NCBI RefSeq assembly: GCF_004010195.1
Contig: NC_057719.1
Span: 4,054,897 to 4,118,896 of the forward strand
Reading direction: 5' to 3'
Origin: Chiloscyllium plagiosum
Lineage: Eukaryota
DNA: 64,000 nucleotides
Shown: piece by piece, positions 1 through 12,630 of the stretch
Numbering within the stretch: position 1 is the first letter of the stretch
Layout: each line of letters opens with the position of its first letter
Notes under the pieces: model-generated
What the model was told of the DNA's origin: nothing
Databases searched by the model: none
Seen by the model: only the letters and a program-made list of their open reading frames with translations
Program-made: the position numbers and the translations under genes

Positions 1-61
1 CCCCCCCCCCCCAAAGAGTGCTAGCAAACCTACCTCCCAGGATATTGGTGCCCTTCTGGTT

Positions 62-176
62 CAGGTGCATTAGTTAGGGTGAATGGGTCTGGGCGGGTTA
101 CTCTTCAGCAGGTCGGTGTGGACTAGTTGGGCTGAAAGGCCTGTTACATACTGCAGGAAATCTAATCTAATCTAAA
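62..176 (+). mobile_element. HE1/V-SINE-like SINE, 3' fragment
   Basis: Matches the 3' half of the fuller copies at 21722 and 48312; ends in (aatct)n. Confidence 0.75.
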
Positions 177-823
177 ATAAAATAATTCTTTCCAGTTTGG
201 GAAATGGAGAGTTAAAAGTGCAGCATTAGGACCAGCTGAATGAAGGCAACTTTGTTTGTCTAATACTGGGTTGGGTCTAGAGGTAAGCATAAGATTACTA
301 TTTGTGCGGGGAAAATGTTTCAAAGTGAGATCGCAACCCAGTCAAAATCACAGTGAGCTTCAATTACTTATTTTACTGGCTGAGTTTGAAGCCGGCATTA
401 ATTATTCCAATGATTTTTGCCACCAGCTTTCCTGGAAGGATAGGCAAGCAAGCAAATAGTCATCGAGCTGTACAGCATGGAAGCAGGCATTTTGGTGCAA
501 CTTTTCCATGCCAATCAGATATCCTAAATAAATCTAGTCTCATTTGCCAGCATTTAACCCACGTCCCTCTAAACCCTTCCTATTCATATGCCCATTCAGA
601 AGCTCTTTTAAATGTTGTAATTGTACCAGCCTCCACCACTTCCTTTAGCAGCTCATCGCATACATGCAGCATGAAGAAGTTACCCATTAGGTCTCTTTTT
701 AAATTTTTCCCCTCTCCTTAAATCTATGCCCTCTAGGTTTGGACTCCCACCCCAGGGAAAAGACATTGTCTATTTACCCTATCCTTGCCCCTCATGATTT
801 TATAAACTTCTGAGGTCACCCCT

Positions 824-999
824 GGGAGAAAATGAGGACTGGAGATCAGAGTCAAAGTGTGGCGCTGGAAAGGCATGGCAGGTGAGGCAGCATCCGAGGA
901 CAAGGAGATTGAAGGGCTTGTGCCCAAAATGTCAACTCTCCTCCGCAGATGCTGCCTGAGCTGCTGTGCCTTTCCAGCACCACACTTTCCGACTCTAAT
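824..999. mobile_element. Penelope-like terminus-derived foldback mini-element
   Basis: Inverted arms (gctggaaaggca...gcagcatc versus gatgctgc...tgcctttccagc); gtcacccc duplicated at 815-822 and 1000-1007. Confidence 0.75.
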
Positions 1000-1243
1000 G
1001 TCACCCCCTCCAGAGTTTTAGGGAAAATAATCCCTGTCTATTTAGTCTCTCCCTGTAGCTCAAACCCTCCAAACCTGGCAACATCATCCATAAATCTTTC
1101 CTGAATCCTTTCAAGTTTCACAACATCCTTATAGCAGGGAGACCAGATTGCACATGGTATTCCAATAGTGGCCTAATCAATGTCCTTAACAGCTGCAACA
1201 TGACTCCCCAACTTCTATACTCAATGCACTGACCATTAGAGGC

Positions 1244-2300
1244 ATGATGTGGAGGTGCTGGTGTTGAACTAGGGTGTACCAAGTGAAAGAATCTCTCAAC
1301 ACCAGGTTTATTTGGAAGTACAAGTTTTCAGAGCTCTGCTTCTTCGTCAGGTAGCTAATGGGGCAGTGTCATAGGACACAGAATTTACTCTAAAAGATCA
1401 AAGTGTCATACAACTTTTGAACAAGTACTGAACAAGTCGTTAAGAGTGCCGTTAAGTCTTTAATCACTTAGAATGGGGATGCAGGTTTCAAGTGATTAAT
1501 ATATAAATCTCAAAACTACTTTCAAGTCACAGTCCCGAGGTAACTTGAGGTTTTATTTTTTAAAAAAGTGACATCTCAGCTCAGACAATGCATTAAAGGT
1601 GTCAGGTTAGAGTCTGTCTGGATCTCAACCTTGAATCAGAGTGATTCTGTTTCCAAAGTAGGAATTTATAAAAATGTCACGTGGAATGACTGCTGACATA
1701 TTGTGTGCCTTATGAACAAAATAAAATATATCTGCAAATGCAAATAGACTTGTGTGTATGGGCATGCATGTGTATGTGAGGGTGCATGCGCGTGAGTATG
1801 ACTGAGTATATGCCTGTGAGTATATGAGTGGGAATGTGGGTGCGTGTGTATGAGAAAAGTCTGTGCGTTTTTTGAACAAATAACTCAATCTGTAGGCAGT
1901 CAGTCCATGTGACATTTTATAATAAAATCATTGGAACTATTTGGAAATAGAACCAGTCTGACTTAAGGTTGGGACACAGACTGTAACCTCTCTCCTTTAA
2001 TGCATTGTCTGAACTGAAATGTCATGTTTTTACAAATAAAACCCAAGTTATCTTGGGAGTGTGACTTGAAAGAAGTTCTGGGATTTATATATTAATCACT
2101 CAGCTCTCAGCCCCATTCTAAGTGATTAAAGACTTAACAGCATTTGTAGGTTTGTTCAATATGTCACATTAGTTTTATGACACTTTGATCTTTTACCAAA
2201 AATTCTATGTCCTATGATCCTCTCCACTAGCTACCTGACGAAGGAGCAGCACTTCGAAAGCTTGTACTTACAAATAAAGCTTGTGTTCTGTGATTTTTAA
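1244..2300. mobile_element. Penelope-like derived element with about 400-bp inverted arms and a TG-rich spacer
   Basis: Arms about 1303-1700 and 1890-2281 are reverse-complementary (e.g. aagtctttaatcacttagaatgggg / ccccattctaagtgattaaagactt); same terminus as the GIY-YIG-linked copy at 31229. Confidence 0.8.
2232..2266 (+). ncRNA. Minimal type I hammerhead ribozyme motif (PLE-associated)
   Basis: tac CTGACGA A GGAG cagca CTTC GAAA GC TT gta: core boxes intact, stem I tac/gta, stem II with one GU pair, AGCU palindrome at stem III. Confidence 0.65.
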
Positions 2301-4188
2301 CAATAAAGGCAAGTAGACCAATGACTGCAACTCCATTTTCAAGGAACTATGAACCAGTGCTCTAGGGGTCTGTGTTCAGCAATACTCCCCAAGCCCTTAC
2401 CGTTAAGTATATAAGTATTGCCCTGATTTGCCTTTCCAGAATGCAGCACTTCACATTTATCTAAATTTAAGCTCCATCTGCCATTCCTTGGACCATTTGC
2501 TCATCTGATCAAGATCCTGTTGTACTCTGTGGTAACTTTCTTCACTGTCCACTACACCTCCAATTTTGGTGTCATCTGCAAATTTACTAACCATGCCTCC
2601 TATGTTCACATCTAAATCATTTATATCAATGATTAAAGCAGTGGACCCAGCACCGATCCTTGCTGCACACTGCTGGTCACAGGCCTCCAGTCTGAAAAGC
2701 AACCCTCCACCATCACCCTTTGTCTTCTATGTTTTGAGCCAGTTCTGTATCCAAATAGCTAGTTCTCCCTGTATTTGTGTGCTGTAACCTTGCTAATCAG
2801 TCTACCACAAGAAACCTTGATAGTTTCAACTTAAATATTGATATGAAATATTGGAAAAGATTGAAATAAAACGGACTGCAGATGTTCGAAATCTGAAATC
2901 TGTAAACATCTAGAAGGAGAAAGCAGAGTTCATGTTTACATCCAGTGACCCTGACTCCAGTCCTGAAAAATGGTCACTCGACTTGAAATGTTAATTCTTC
3001 TTCCTTTCCACAGATGCTGCCAGAACCACAGTGTTTCTCTAGCAAATTTCATTTTTGTGTTGGAAAAGGTTAAACTGAAAGCACAGTTTGAGCGTGAGGA
3101 AAAACTGAATGGAAAGAAAACAATAATTGCTAAATTTGTTTGTAATGGTATTTAGCATTACAGATTGACTGTAATCCTGTACTCTTAACTGTTCTGATGT
3201 TTTAGTTTGATTACTGAGTTTATTTATGTCACAGTGAGTTGACAGGTTAAAATATTACTTGGTTTAGGAGGCTAGAAACTTTTTTTTTCCTTTGAACCAA
3301 TCAGAAGTCTTAAATTATTCTTCTATCATTGATGTTTGGGGCCTAACATCAACTAATTTACGCACAACAATTTTAACATTTTCAAATAAAACGCCGTGCA
3401 TTAATAGGTAATTTCAGTGTAAAGTTAAGATATTTGGTGTTATGTATGAATCTACAGGTCAAAAGGTAGGAGGTAAGTCATTTAACTCCTCAAACCACCT
3501 CTGTCATTCAGTAAGTTTATAGATGATCTGATTCTGGCCTCAACTCCATATTAATAAATCTGTTTTAACAATATTCAGTGAATCTGCCTCCATTGCTGTC
3601 TCTGGAAGGGAACTCATCTCATTGCGTACTTAAATGGAAATCCCCCCGCCCCTTTTTTTTAAAACTGTATTTCCTCTTTCCAGTCTCTGCCACAAGGCAA
3701 AGCATTCTTTCCGTGTCCAGTCTCTCAAATCCTCTTGAGACCTTGTACATTGAAAAAGGTTACCTCTCATTCTTCTAAATCCCAATATATAAAGGTTCAG
3801 CCAGTCTAACTTTTTCCTTGTAAGATAACCTGCTTATCTCCGGTAGCAATTGAGTGTATCCTTTCTAGATTGCTTCCAATGAGTCTATATCATTCCTTAA
3901 ATAAGGAATCCAAACTGTACACAATACCCCAGTTGTTGACCTATAGAAAACATCTCTACTTTCAATATTCCATTCCTAGGCAGTAAATAGCAAATTTCGA
4001 TTTCCTTCTAATCACTTGCTGTACCTGCATGCTAACTTTGATTCATGCACCAGGGTACCCAGATCCCACTGTACTTCAGAGGTATGTGGTCTTTTTCTGT
4101 TTAAATAATATGCTGAATTCCTAAACCTGCGAAAGGGAAAGTTCATATTTTCCGATGCTTTTTCCAAACCTGGTGTTGCTTTCCAAAT

Positions 4189-4393
4189 AAAAGCAAATTA
4201 CTGCGGATGCTGGAATCTGAAACCAAAAAAGAAAATGCTGGAAAATCTCAGCAGGTCTGGCACCATTTGTAAGGAGAGAAAAGAACTGACGTTTTGAATC
4301 TACGGGTCAGTTAGACTCGCAATTTCAGCTCTTTTCTCTCCTTACAGATGCTACCATACCTGCTGAGATTTTCCAGCATTTTCTCTTTTGCTG
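4189..4393. mobile_element. PLE terminus-derived foldback mini-element
   Basis: About 75-bp inverted arms (agaaaatgctggaaaatctcagcaggt / acctgctgagattttccagcattttct); gctttccaaat duplicated at 4178-4188 and 4394-4404. Confidence 0.75.
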
Positions 4394-4947
4394 GCTTTCC
4401 AAATGTTCTGTCATCCAGTCTTTTACAGTAGACCAGCGTATTTCCCCACAACTGACGTTAGTCTAACTGGTCTATAATTCTCATTTCCTCCCTTACAATG
4501 AAATGTGGTGTTACATTTGCTGCCCTCCAATGTGTTGAAACTGCTCCAGAGTCTGCAGAATTTTTGAAAGGTGACCAGTGCATCCAGTATTTCCAGGACC
4601 ACTTCCTCTAGTACTTCAGGATATGGATTATCAGCTTCTAGTCATTTGTTAGCCTTTAAATTCCCCATTAAATTCCCCAGTGCTATTTTCTTCTTAGTTC
4701 TGATTTTCTTCTGCCCAAAACACTTGCTTGGCTTCCTCTCCATTCTGGGAGGCTCTTTGTGTCTTCATTTGTGAAGACAAAGAAGAACTAAACACGTATT
4801 TTGGTTATTTGTTTCCCATTATAGCTTCCTCAGCTTCTGTCTGAAAGGGACCTACATCTGTCTTTCCTAATCTTTTTCTCTTCACTAATTGAAGCTTTTA
4901 CTACAAGCTTCTATGTTCCTTGCAATTTCTCTCTCTCACTCTATTTT

Positions 4948-5655
4948 AACATAGAACATAGAACAGTACAGCACAGAACAGGCCCTTCAGCCCACGATGT
5001 TGTGCTGACCATTGATCCTCATGTAAGGTAAACCTAATGTACGAACCATCAAATTTCTGTGACCATATGCATGTCTAGCAGTCTCTTAAATATCCCCAAT
5101 GACTTCGCTTCCACAACTGCTGCTGGAAACTCATTCCATGCTCCCACAACACTCTGCGTAAAGAACCTGCCTTTGACATCCCCTCTATACTTTCTGCCAA
5201 ATAGCTTAAAACATGACCCATCGTGTTAACAATTTCTGCCCTGGGAAAAAGTCGCTGGGTATCAACTCTATCTATGCCTCTCATTATCTTGTACACCTCA
5301 ATTAGGTCCCCTCTCTTCCTCCTTTTTTCCAATGAGAAAACTCCGAGCTCAGTCAACCTCTCTTTGCAAGATAAGCCCTCCATTCCAGGCAGCATCTTGG
5401 TAAACCTCCTCTGAACCCTCTCCAAAGCATCCACATCTTTCCTGTAATAGGGTGACCAGAACTGGACACAGTATTCCAAGTGCGGTCTAACCAAAGTTTC
5501 ATAGAGCTGCAACAAGATCTCACGTCTCTTAAACTCAATCCCCCTGTTAATGAAAGCCAAAACACCATATGCTTTCATAACAACCCTGTCCACCTGGTGG
5601 CAATTTTAAGGGATCTATGTACCTGCACACCAAGATCCTGCTGTTCCTCCACACT
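4948..5655 (-). mobile_element. CR1-like LINE 3' end
   Basis: ORF 5075-5593 LVRPHLEYCVQFWSPYYRKDVDALERVQRRFTKM; tandem acatagaacatagaac tail. Confidence 0.9.
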
Positions 5656-6018
5656 TTTACCCCTCTTTTTAGCAAACTATGTGGTCTCTTTTACTGAATT
5701 TTAAAAATGCTGTCAGTCCTCAGGCTTGCTGCTTTTTCTGGCAATTCTATGTCTCCTTTTCGTACCTAATACTATCCTGAATTTCTTTTGTAAGCCACAG
5801 TTGAGACATTTTCCCTTTTGTTTTTTCACCGGGCAGGCTTGAGAATATGAATGACCTACTCTTATTTGTTATGTTCTTCCTTGTGTCATCAAAAGCTGCC
5901 TTTGTCCAGCTGGCAAATGTGATAACTTGGCTCCAAAGCATGTTTTGCATGTTCTGAAGAAATAGCGTCAAGACTGCTCTTCTTTGGGATGAATAACTTT
6001 TTATTTTAATTTTCTTAG

Positions 6019-6080
6019 GCTGTTCCTGCTCAAAGAAACTCTGCCTTGGACTCAAACCAGCAAAGCATCAGTGTTCGAGG
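6019..6080 (+). other. Candidate non-coding 5'UTR exon
   Basis: tttattttaattttcttag| acceptor and AGG|GTATGT donor, 62 nt, in a non-repeat island; no transcript evidence. Confidence 0.25.
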
Positions 6081-7479
6081 GTATGTTGATGGCAACTGAC
6101 AATATATTAACTTTAGGCTTTAAATTCTGTTGTTGGCTTTTGAAATATTAGTTGGTCTGAAATGTGTACGTTGTTGAGTGGTGAATCACCCAAGACGACT
6201 ATTCCAGTTACGAACTTGGGAATGTAAAAGATCAGAAGCAGAGGCAGCCTATTCAGCCCCTCTAGTCTGCTCTTCCATTGTCTGTGATTGTGGCTGATCT
6301 GATCATTCTCCGCTTCATTTTCCTGACATTCCCCCGTAACCTTTAAATCTCTTGATGATAATTAAAATGCGGTCTGTCTCAGTATTGAATGTACTCATTG
6401 ACCCAACCTCAACAGCTGTCAGTATTTCATAAATTCACTACCTTCCTAGAAATTCCTCTTCTTTTCTGTCTAAATGGGCAACTCATTCTGACTCTATTCT
6501 CTGGTCCTAGACTTTCCCAGAAGGGGATATCAGCCTCTCTACATTTAGCCTGTCAAGTCCTCTAAGCATCTTAATAAATTTGAAAGAACTGCAGATGCTG
6601 TAAATCTGAAACAAAAACAGAAATGGCTGGAAAAGCTCAGCCTGCCTGGCAGCATCTGTGAAGAGAAATCAGAGTTAATATGATTTCAAATAAATGTACC
6701 TGTTGGAAAACCCCTTGGTATCCTACCTAATCTTTCTTCACAGCTGCTATTCTCAAGCTCTGGCAGCATTTTTGTTAATCTCCTTGCGTGCACTTTCCAG
6801 AGTCCTTACTGTAATCTGCCCAGAACTACACAGTTCATTTTATACCGTTCCAACATTATGTCCCTGCTTTTGTATTATGAAGGTGTTTTGCATTTAATTT
6901 TGCTTAGAGGACTTGAGTTTTGAAAGTTTGTGGTGACAGGAATCCAGTTGGCAAGTTTCATTGATAAACCTGGTGTGGTTTCTTTAAAAGTAGTCATGAA
7001 AGTTCACTATGATCAGAGGAAATCTTATTGGAAAAAAAATCCAGTAGATCACATGACTGACTCCTTGCTTTGTTGTGGACCTCTATTGGGACTGTTTTGA
7101 AGAGTTTCTGTGTTAAAGTATTTTGTTTTATCAGGTTACCTGGAGGAAAGCTTACTAAGAACAAGCTGCCAACTGAACTCTCGTTCCTCTTGTCGAGGTC
7201 AGGGTGAAACTTATTTCTTTCTGTTCAAAGAATGATTGGAAAGAATGTGTTTCCTGAGCAATTTGTGTTTGCTAGACGTCAGAGGGTGTAAGATTTCTGA
7301 TCTGACCACATCAGTCAGAACATCAGAGCAACAGACTCAGGAATGTCAGACTCTTTATCCATTAACCTTTTAAGGATAACCCATTGGCCAACGTTTTTTT
7401 TTCAGAAAGCCAAATTGCAGAGATTTTCTCCCTCCCCAGGAAAAGGGAAAATGTGCGCGTCTGTATGTGTGCGCGTTTC

Positions 7480-8075
7480 GGGAGATGTTTAAATGGATAT
7501 GATTTGGGAGGTTATGTTGCAGCTGTACAGGACATTAGAGAGGCCACTTTCTGAATACTGCATGCAGTTCTGGTCTCCCTGCTATAGAAAAGATGTTGTG
7601 AAATGTGAAAGGGTGCAGAAAAGGTTTTGAGGATATTGCCAGGGTTGGAGGATTTGGTCTAAGGAGAGAGGCTGAATAGACTGGGGCGATTTTCCCTGGA
7701 GTGTTGGATGGTGGGGGGTGACCTTATAGATGTTCATAAAGTCATGAGGGGCATGGATAGGTAAGTAGTCAAGGTCTTTTCCCCAGGTTGGGAGTCCAAA
7801 GCCAGAGGGCATAGGTTAAAGGTGAGGGGAAAGAGTTAAAAGGGACCTGGGAGGCAACTTGTTCATGCAGAGTGGTGCATGTGTGGAATGAGTACCAGCA
7901 AAAGTAGTGGAGACTGGTACAATTACAATACTTAAAAGGCACCTGGATTGATACATGAATAGGAAGGGTTTACAGAGATATGGTGGCAAATGGGACGAGA
8001 TTAATTCGGATATCTGGTCAGCATAGACGAGTTGGACTGAAGGGTCTATTTCTGTGCTGTACATTTCTGACTGTG
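7480..8075 (+). mobile_element. CR1-like LINE 3' end
   Basis: Decayed ORF2 C-terminus (gaatactgcatgcagttctggtctccc) and CR1 3' tail gggtctatttctgtgctgtac. Confidence 0.85.
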
Positions 8076-10979
8076 TTTATACTTTTACATTACCGACTGG
8101 TTAACATACACAATCATTGTTAGTTAAGGAAAATTATTGAATAATAAGCTATTAATTGTGTTATCAAGAAATCTGGTTGATAGATCCTGGTTACCAGATT
8201 TTTTTTTTGTTTAAAACTTGTTCTATAGTTCTGTACTTAATTTGTCACTTTATATTGTGTAGAATTGTATTGTGTTGAACATAGGAAAGAAACATGCAAA
8301 AGGTAGGCCATTCTGCCCCTTTGCCATTCAGTAACATTGTGACTGATCAGTTTGTTTCAAATTCCATATTCCGATTTTCCTCCATTAACCTATCCAAACG
8401 TATGAAGTGGGAGCTGTGGACCTGAAGTGACAGTGCCCTCCTCCAACCTCAGTCATAACAATATCCTATACCTTGTTCAATAAAGGAAACTATTCCATAT
8501 GCTTTCTATATCACCTTATTCACATATCCTGCAGACATCGGTAACTTGTGACTAGGCACTCCATTCATTTTCTCTACACCTTTCGGCATCGTCCTGATTT
8601 ATTGTCTTCCCTTACTTTTAAGCCCTTCAAATGCTTTACTTTTTGCCCATTCATCCAAGCCATTGCCATCACTCCAGAGACAATAGCTATCCTCTTTGTT
8701 ATAAACTGTATAGCCAGTTTTTGTGTCCTCTTCAAATTCCCCAGTGAAAATGACACATTTAAGTCCATATTATTAATAAATATGCCAACAGTAAGGGCCC
8801 TTATACCAAGCTCTGTGGAACATCACCCATTATCCATTTCCCTTTGTTTCCTGTTGCTAAATTACAGGATTCCACGTTTCTGATCACTGTCCGATGTGGG
8901 ACCTTGTCAAATACCTTGCTAAGATCCACATAGACAACGTATGTTGCATTAGCCTGCAAGTCCTCCTGTACTTGCTCAAAATATTCAATTAAGTTACTAA
9001 GACAGAACTCTTCCCTTAAGAAAAATCTTGTTGATGATCCCTGGTCCCTTTGTCTTTCTAAGTGACAGTTTATCTTATCTCTCCAGATTTGACTCCAATA
9101 ATCTGCCCTTCACTGAAGTCTGACGGACCAGCCATAAGCCTTTCACCCTTTTGAAATGATGGTAGACATTTGAAGACCTTTTGATTCTGTGATATCTTGC
9201 CTATATCTAATGAAGATCAGAGAATTATCCTCTGAGTATTCACTATTAATCTCTACCTACTATTAATCCTCCCTAGCTTCCTTTAACGTCCAGGGATAAA
9301 TTCCATCTAGCCCTGGCTGTAGAACCCAATATTTCGCACACTCTTTTAACTAGAATGTCTGCATCATATCTCTCCTTGGTGAAGACAGGAACAAAATATT
9401 CATTTACCTACATTGTGTCATAACACGTTATCTTTTGCATTTCTTTTAAAAAGTCCTTCCATTTTCTTAGTCATCCCATTTCTCTTAATGTACTGCTAAA
9501 ATGTGTTTGGAGTTTCCTTGATTTTACCTGATTTTGTTTTCATATCCTTTTGCTTTTCCAGTTTCTTTTCTCTACTCCCCTTTTTAGTTTCTATACTCTC
9601 CTTTTTCTACAGGATTAAGCCTTGACTGTTTTAAGCTTCTGTTTTATCCTGTTGTATGTGCTTCTGGATTACAAAGAGGCAATAGGTTTGGTAGTACCAC
9701 TCTTTCTCTTTGTAGGAATGTGTCTACACTGCCTGTTGAACCTCACTTTGAAAGTCTGCCATTGATTGTCAACAATTTGCCATCCAGTAGGTCTACCCAA
9801 TCCACTTTTGGTCACCTCTCTGCTTTGTTTTAAAAAAAATCTTCTCCCATCTCGATCTGTTATGTTTGTTCTTTTCCATAATAATGTTAAGTTTAATTGA
9901 ATTGTGGTCTGAAATGATCCTCCACTTCAACTTCTCCAACTTCACCTTCTTAAGACTGTTTAGGATTATGTCCCCTCCCATTGGGCTTGTTACGTGCTGG
10001 GTGAAAAGTTCCCTTGCATGCCGTTAAAAAGTTTTGTGGCCTCTGTGCACTTTCCATTGTCTGTATCCCACGTGATATTCTACAAATTCGTGCTGGCTCT
10101 CCTTAATAAACTCAAACCTCTAAATGTACCTATTGAAATTCACCCAATTACTCATAAATCCTTGCATACTGTTGATGTTAAGCTGACCAACCTGTAATTG
10201 TTATTAATGTCCTTGCACACTTTCTTGAATAATGGTGTCTCGTTTATCACAATCTAATCCTCTGACATCTTTGCTCTGTCTGGGGAAAGGTGAAAGATTA
10301 TGGCCAGCACTCTTGCTATCTTCATTCCAGCTTAAATTAATAACTTGTGATGTGCACCACCTGGACCACTACCCACTCTAGTGTAGTGAGGCTTTCCAGT
10401 GCAACTTTTCTTCGTAAAAACATCGTACTGTGGATGCTGGAAATCTGAAGTAAAAACAAACATGCTAGAGAAACTCAGCAGGGTTGGCAGAATCTGTGAT
10501 GAGAGAAGCTAAGTTAATGTTTGGAGTCTCATATGGCTTTTCTTTCAGAACTCTAGATCCTTCTTTTGAACTGATGTCAGACTCAAACCAACTCTGCTTG
10601 TCTCCACAGATGCTGTAGGTGTGCTGAATTTCTTCAGTATTTTAGACTTTTATTATACTTTTTCCTTTTGTTGTACTCTCCCTTTGGGCATGTCAGCTCT
10701 TGAAAACATATGGTTAGATGTGAAGTTCTGGAAACTGGTCGTGTGGTGTGCAGGAAGAAAGTTTCCCCATGTCTTGTAACTACTATTTTTTTGAAGTGAA
10801 ACCTTTAAACAATTTTACATTTTTTGTAGCCCCTGCAGGTGACAAAAACATATTTTGGAAAACTCAAAATTGTTTGGTTTACTTAGTATATGATTTTGTA
10901 GCATGCGTTATTTATCATTCACTTTTAGTTTTCCTTTACCACCTCCTAATCTTATATTTTCTCTTCCCCATCAAATCAG

Positions 10980-11078
10980 GAATTGAAGCTGAAGCAATGA
11001 TGTGATTACGTCAAGGTTACAGATCTCACAATGCTTACATTTAATACAAACAGGACAAATGTAGACATCTTTGAAACT
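10980..11078 (+). other. Candidate non-coding 5'UTR exon of DICER1
   Basis: CCTAAT branch-like motif, long pyrimidine tract, tcag| acceptor and ACT|GTAAGT donor, in an island with no recognisable repeat; no transcript evidence. Confidence 0.35.
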
Positions 11079-11399
11079 GTAAGTCATTGGTAAAATATCA
11101 AAAGTTTTAAAAGAACATAATTTAACACCTCATTATTCAGCTTATTTAATACAGTGCTTTCTTGTTATGAGCCTAGTTCACCATGCTGCTAAAAATTGGG
11201 CAGTTATCATAAACTCTTGCGTATAACTGGAGGATCCCCTGACAAGAGAGCCTAAGTAAATAGTTCACCAAGAGCAGATTCAAGGTTTGAAATAGCACCA
11301 AAACAGTTTGGTAAACTAACCAAACATATATTAAGCTTTGTTCAGATTGCGGAAGAATGGCAAGTGGGCTGCGCTTTGACATTGAGAATCTTTATCAAA

Positions 11400-12630
11400 A
11401 TAGAAAATAGGAGCAGGAATGGCCATACTGCTCTTTGAACCTCTTCGCTATTAAGTATGGTCATGGCTGATCATCCAACTCAATACCCTGTTCCTGCTTT
11501 CTCTTCACACCCTTTAATCATCTAACTGCTTGAAAACATTCTGTGTTTTGGCCTCGATCACTTTCTGTGGCAGAGAATTCCACAGGCTCCCCACTGTCTA
11601 AATGCAGAAATTTCTCATCTTGGTCCTAAATGCCCTATCCTGTATTCATACCTTGCGATCTGTTTCTGTACTCCACATCATCAGGAGCATCCTTCTTGCA
11701 TTTACCCTGTCTAGTATCATTATAATTTTATAAGCTTCTTTGAGATTCTTCCCCTGTCTCATTCTTATAAACATTCCCATCCAACACAGTCTCTCTTCCT
11801 ATGTCAGTCTGTCATCTCAAGAGTCAGTCTCGTAAACCTTTGCACTTCCTCCGTAACCAGGATATCCTTTCTCAGAGATCCAAACCGCATACAATTCTCC
11901 AGGTGCGGTCCCACCAAGATCCAGTACAATTGCAGTAAGAAATCCTAGCTCCTATACTCTAATTCTCTTGCGATAAAGGCCAACATTCCATTTGCTGCCT
12001 TCATCGACTATTGCACCTGCATGCTTGCTTTTAGCAACTGGTGGACAAGGACACCCAGGTCTCACAGCAGCTCCCCTTTTCCCAGTCTTATTACCATTCA
12101 GAAAATATGCCTTTCTGTTTTTGTTCCAAAATAGCCTCCATTTATTCACTTTATACTTTCTCTCTTGTGCATTTGCCCACTCTCACCAATTGTCCAACTT
12201 GCACCGAAGGATCTGTGGATCCTCCTCACAGTTCACTTTCTCACCCAGCTTTGTGATCTGCAAACTTGAAGGTATTCCATTTAATTTCCTCCAAATCATT
12301 AATCTATATTGTGACAGCTGTGGTCCAAGCAGTAGTCTCTTTGGTACTCCATAATCACTAACTGCCAGTTGGAAAGAGATCCTTTTATTCTGTCTGCCAA
12401 TCTGTTCTTTATCATGTTATGCCCATCTCCCAATCTTATGTGCTTTAATTTTACATGCTAATCTCTTATGACGTGCTTCATCAAAAGCCTTCTAAAACAC
12501 CAAATACACCACATTCGCTGATTTGCCCTTATCAGCTCTACTAGTTAGACCCTCCAAATTCGAAGAGATTTGTGAAGCATGATTTTCTCTTCCATAAATC
12601 CATGCCAATTCTGCTCGATCCTGTCACTTT
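11400..12630 (-). mobile_element. Decayed CR1-like LINE
   Basis: Reverse-strand RT-region motifs (tgtgatctgcaaactt, tcaaaagccttct) and 3' tail near 11400; boundaries approximate. Confidence 0.65.

Larger units (their letters stand above)
458..2820 (-). mobile_element. CR1-like LINE 3' part, interrupted by insertions at 824-999 and 1244-2300
   Basis: RT motif INDLDVNIGGMVSKFADDTKIGG (ORF 2457-2702); EVYKIMRG motif; CR1-type 3' tail near 458-500; boundaries approximate. Confidence 0.85.

Noticed and set aside
6929..8196. Possible solo LTRs (also about 22554-22859 and 41166-41901) with TG...CA ends
   Set aside because: Only short imperfect terminal inversions, no clear target-site duplication and no second copy in the window; not enough to call
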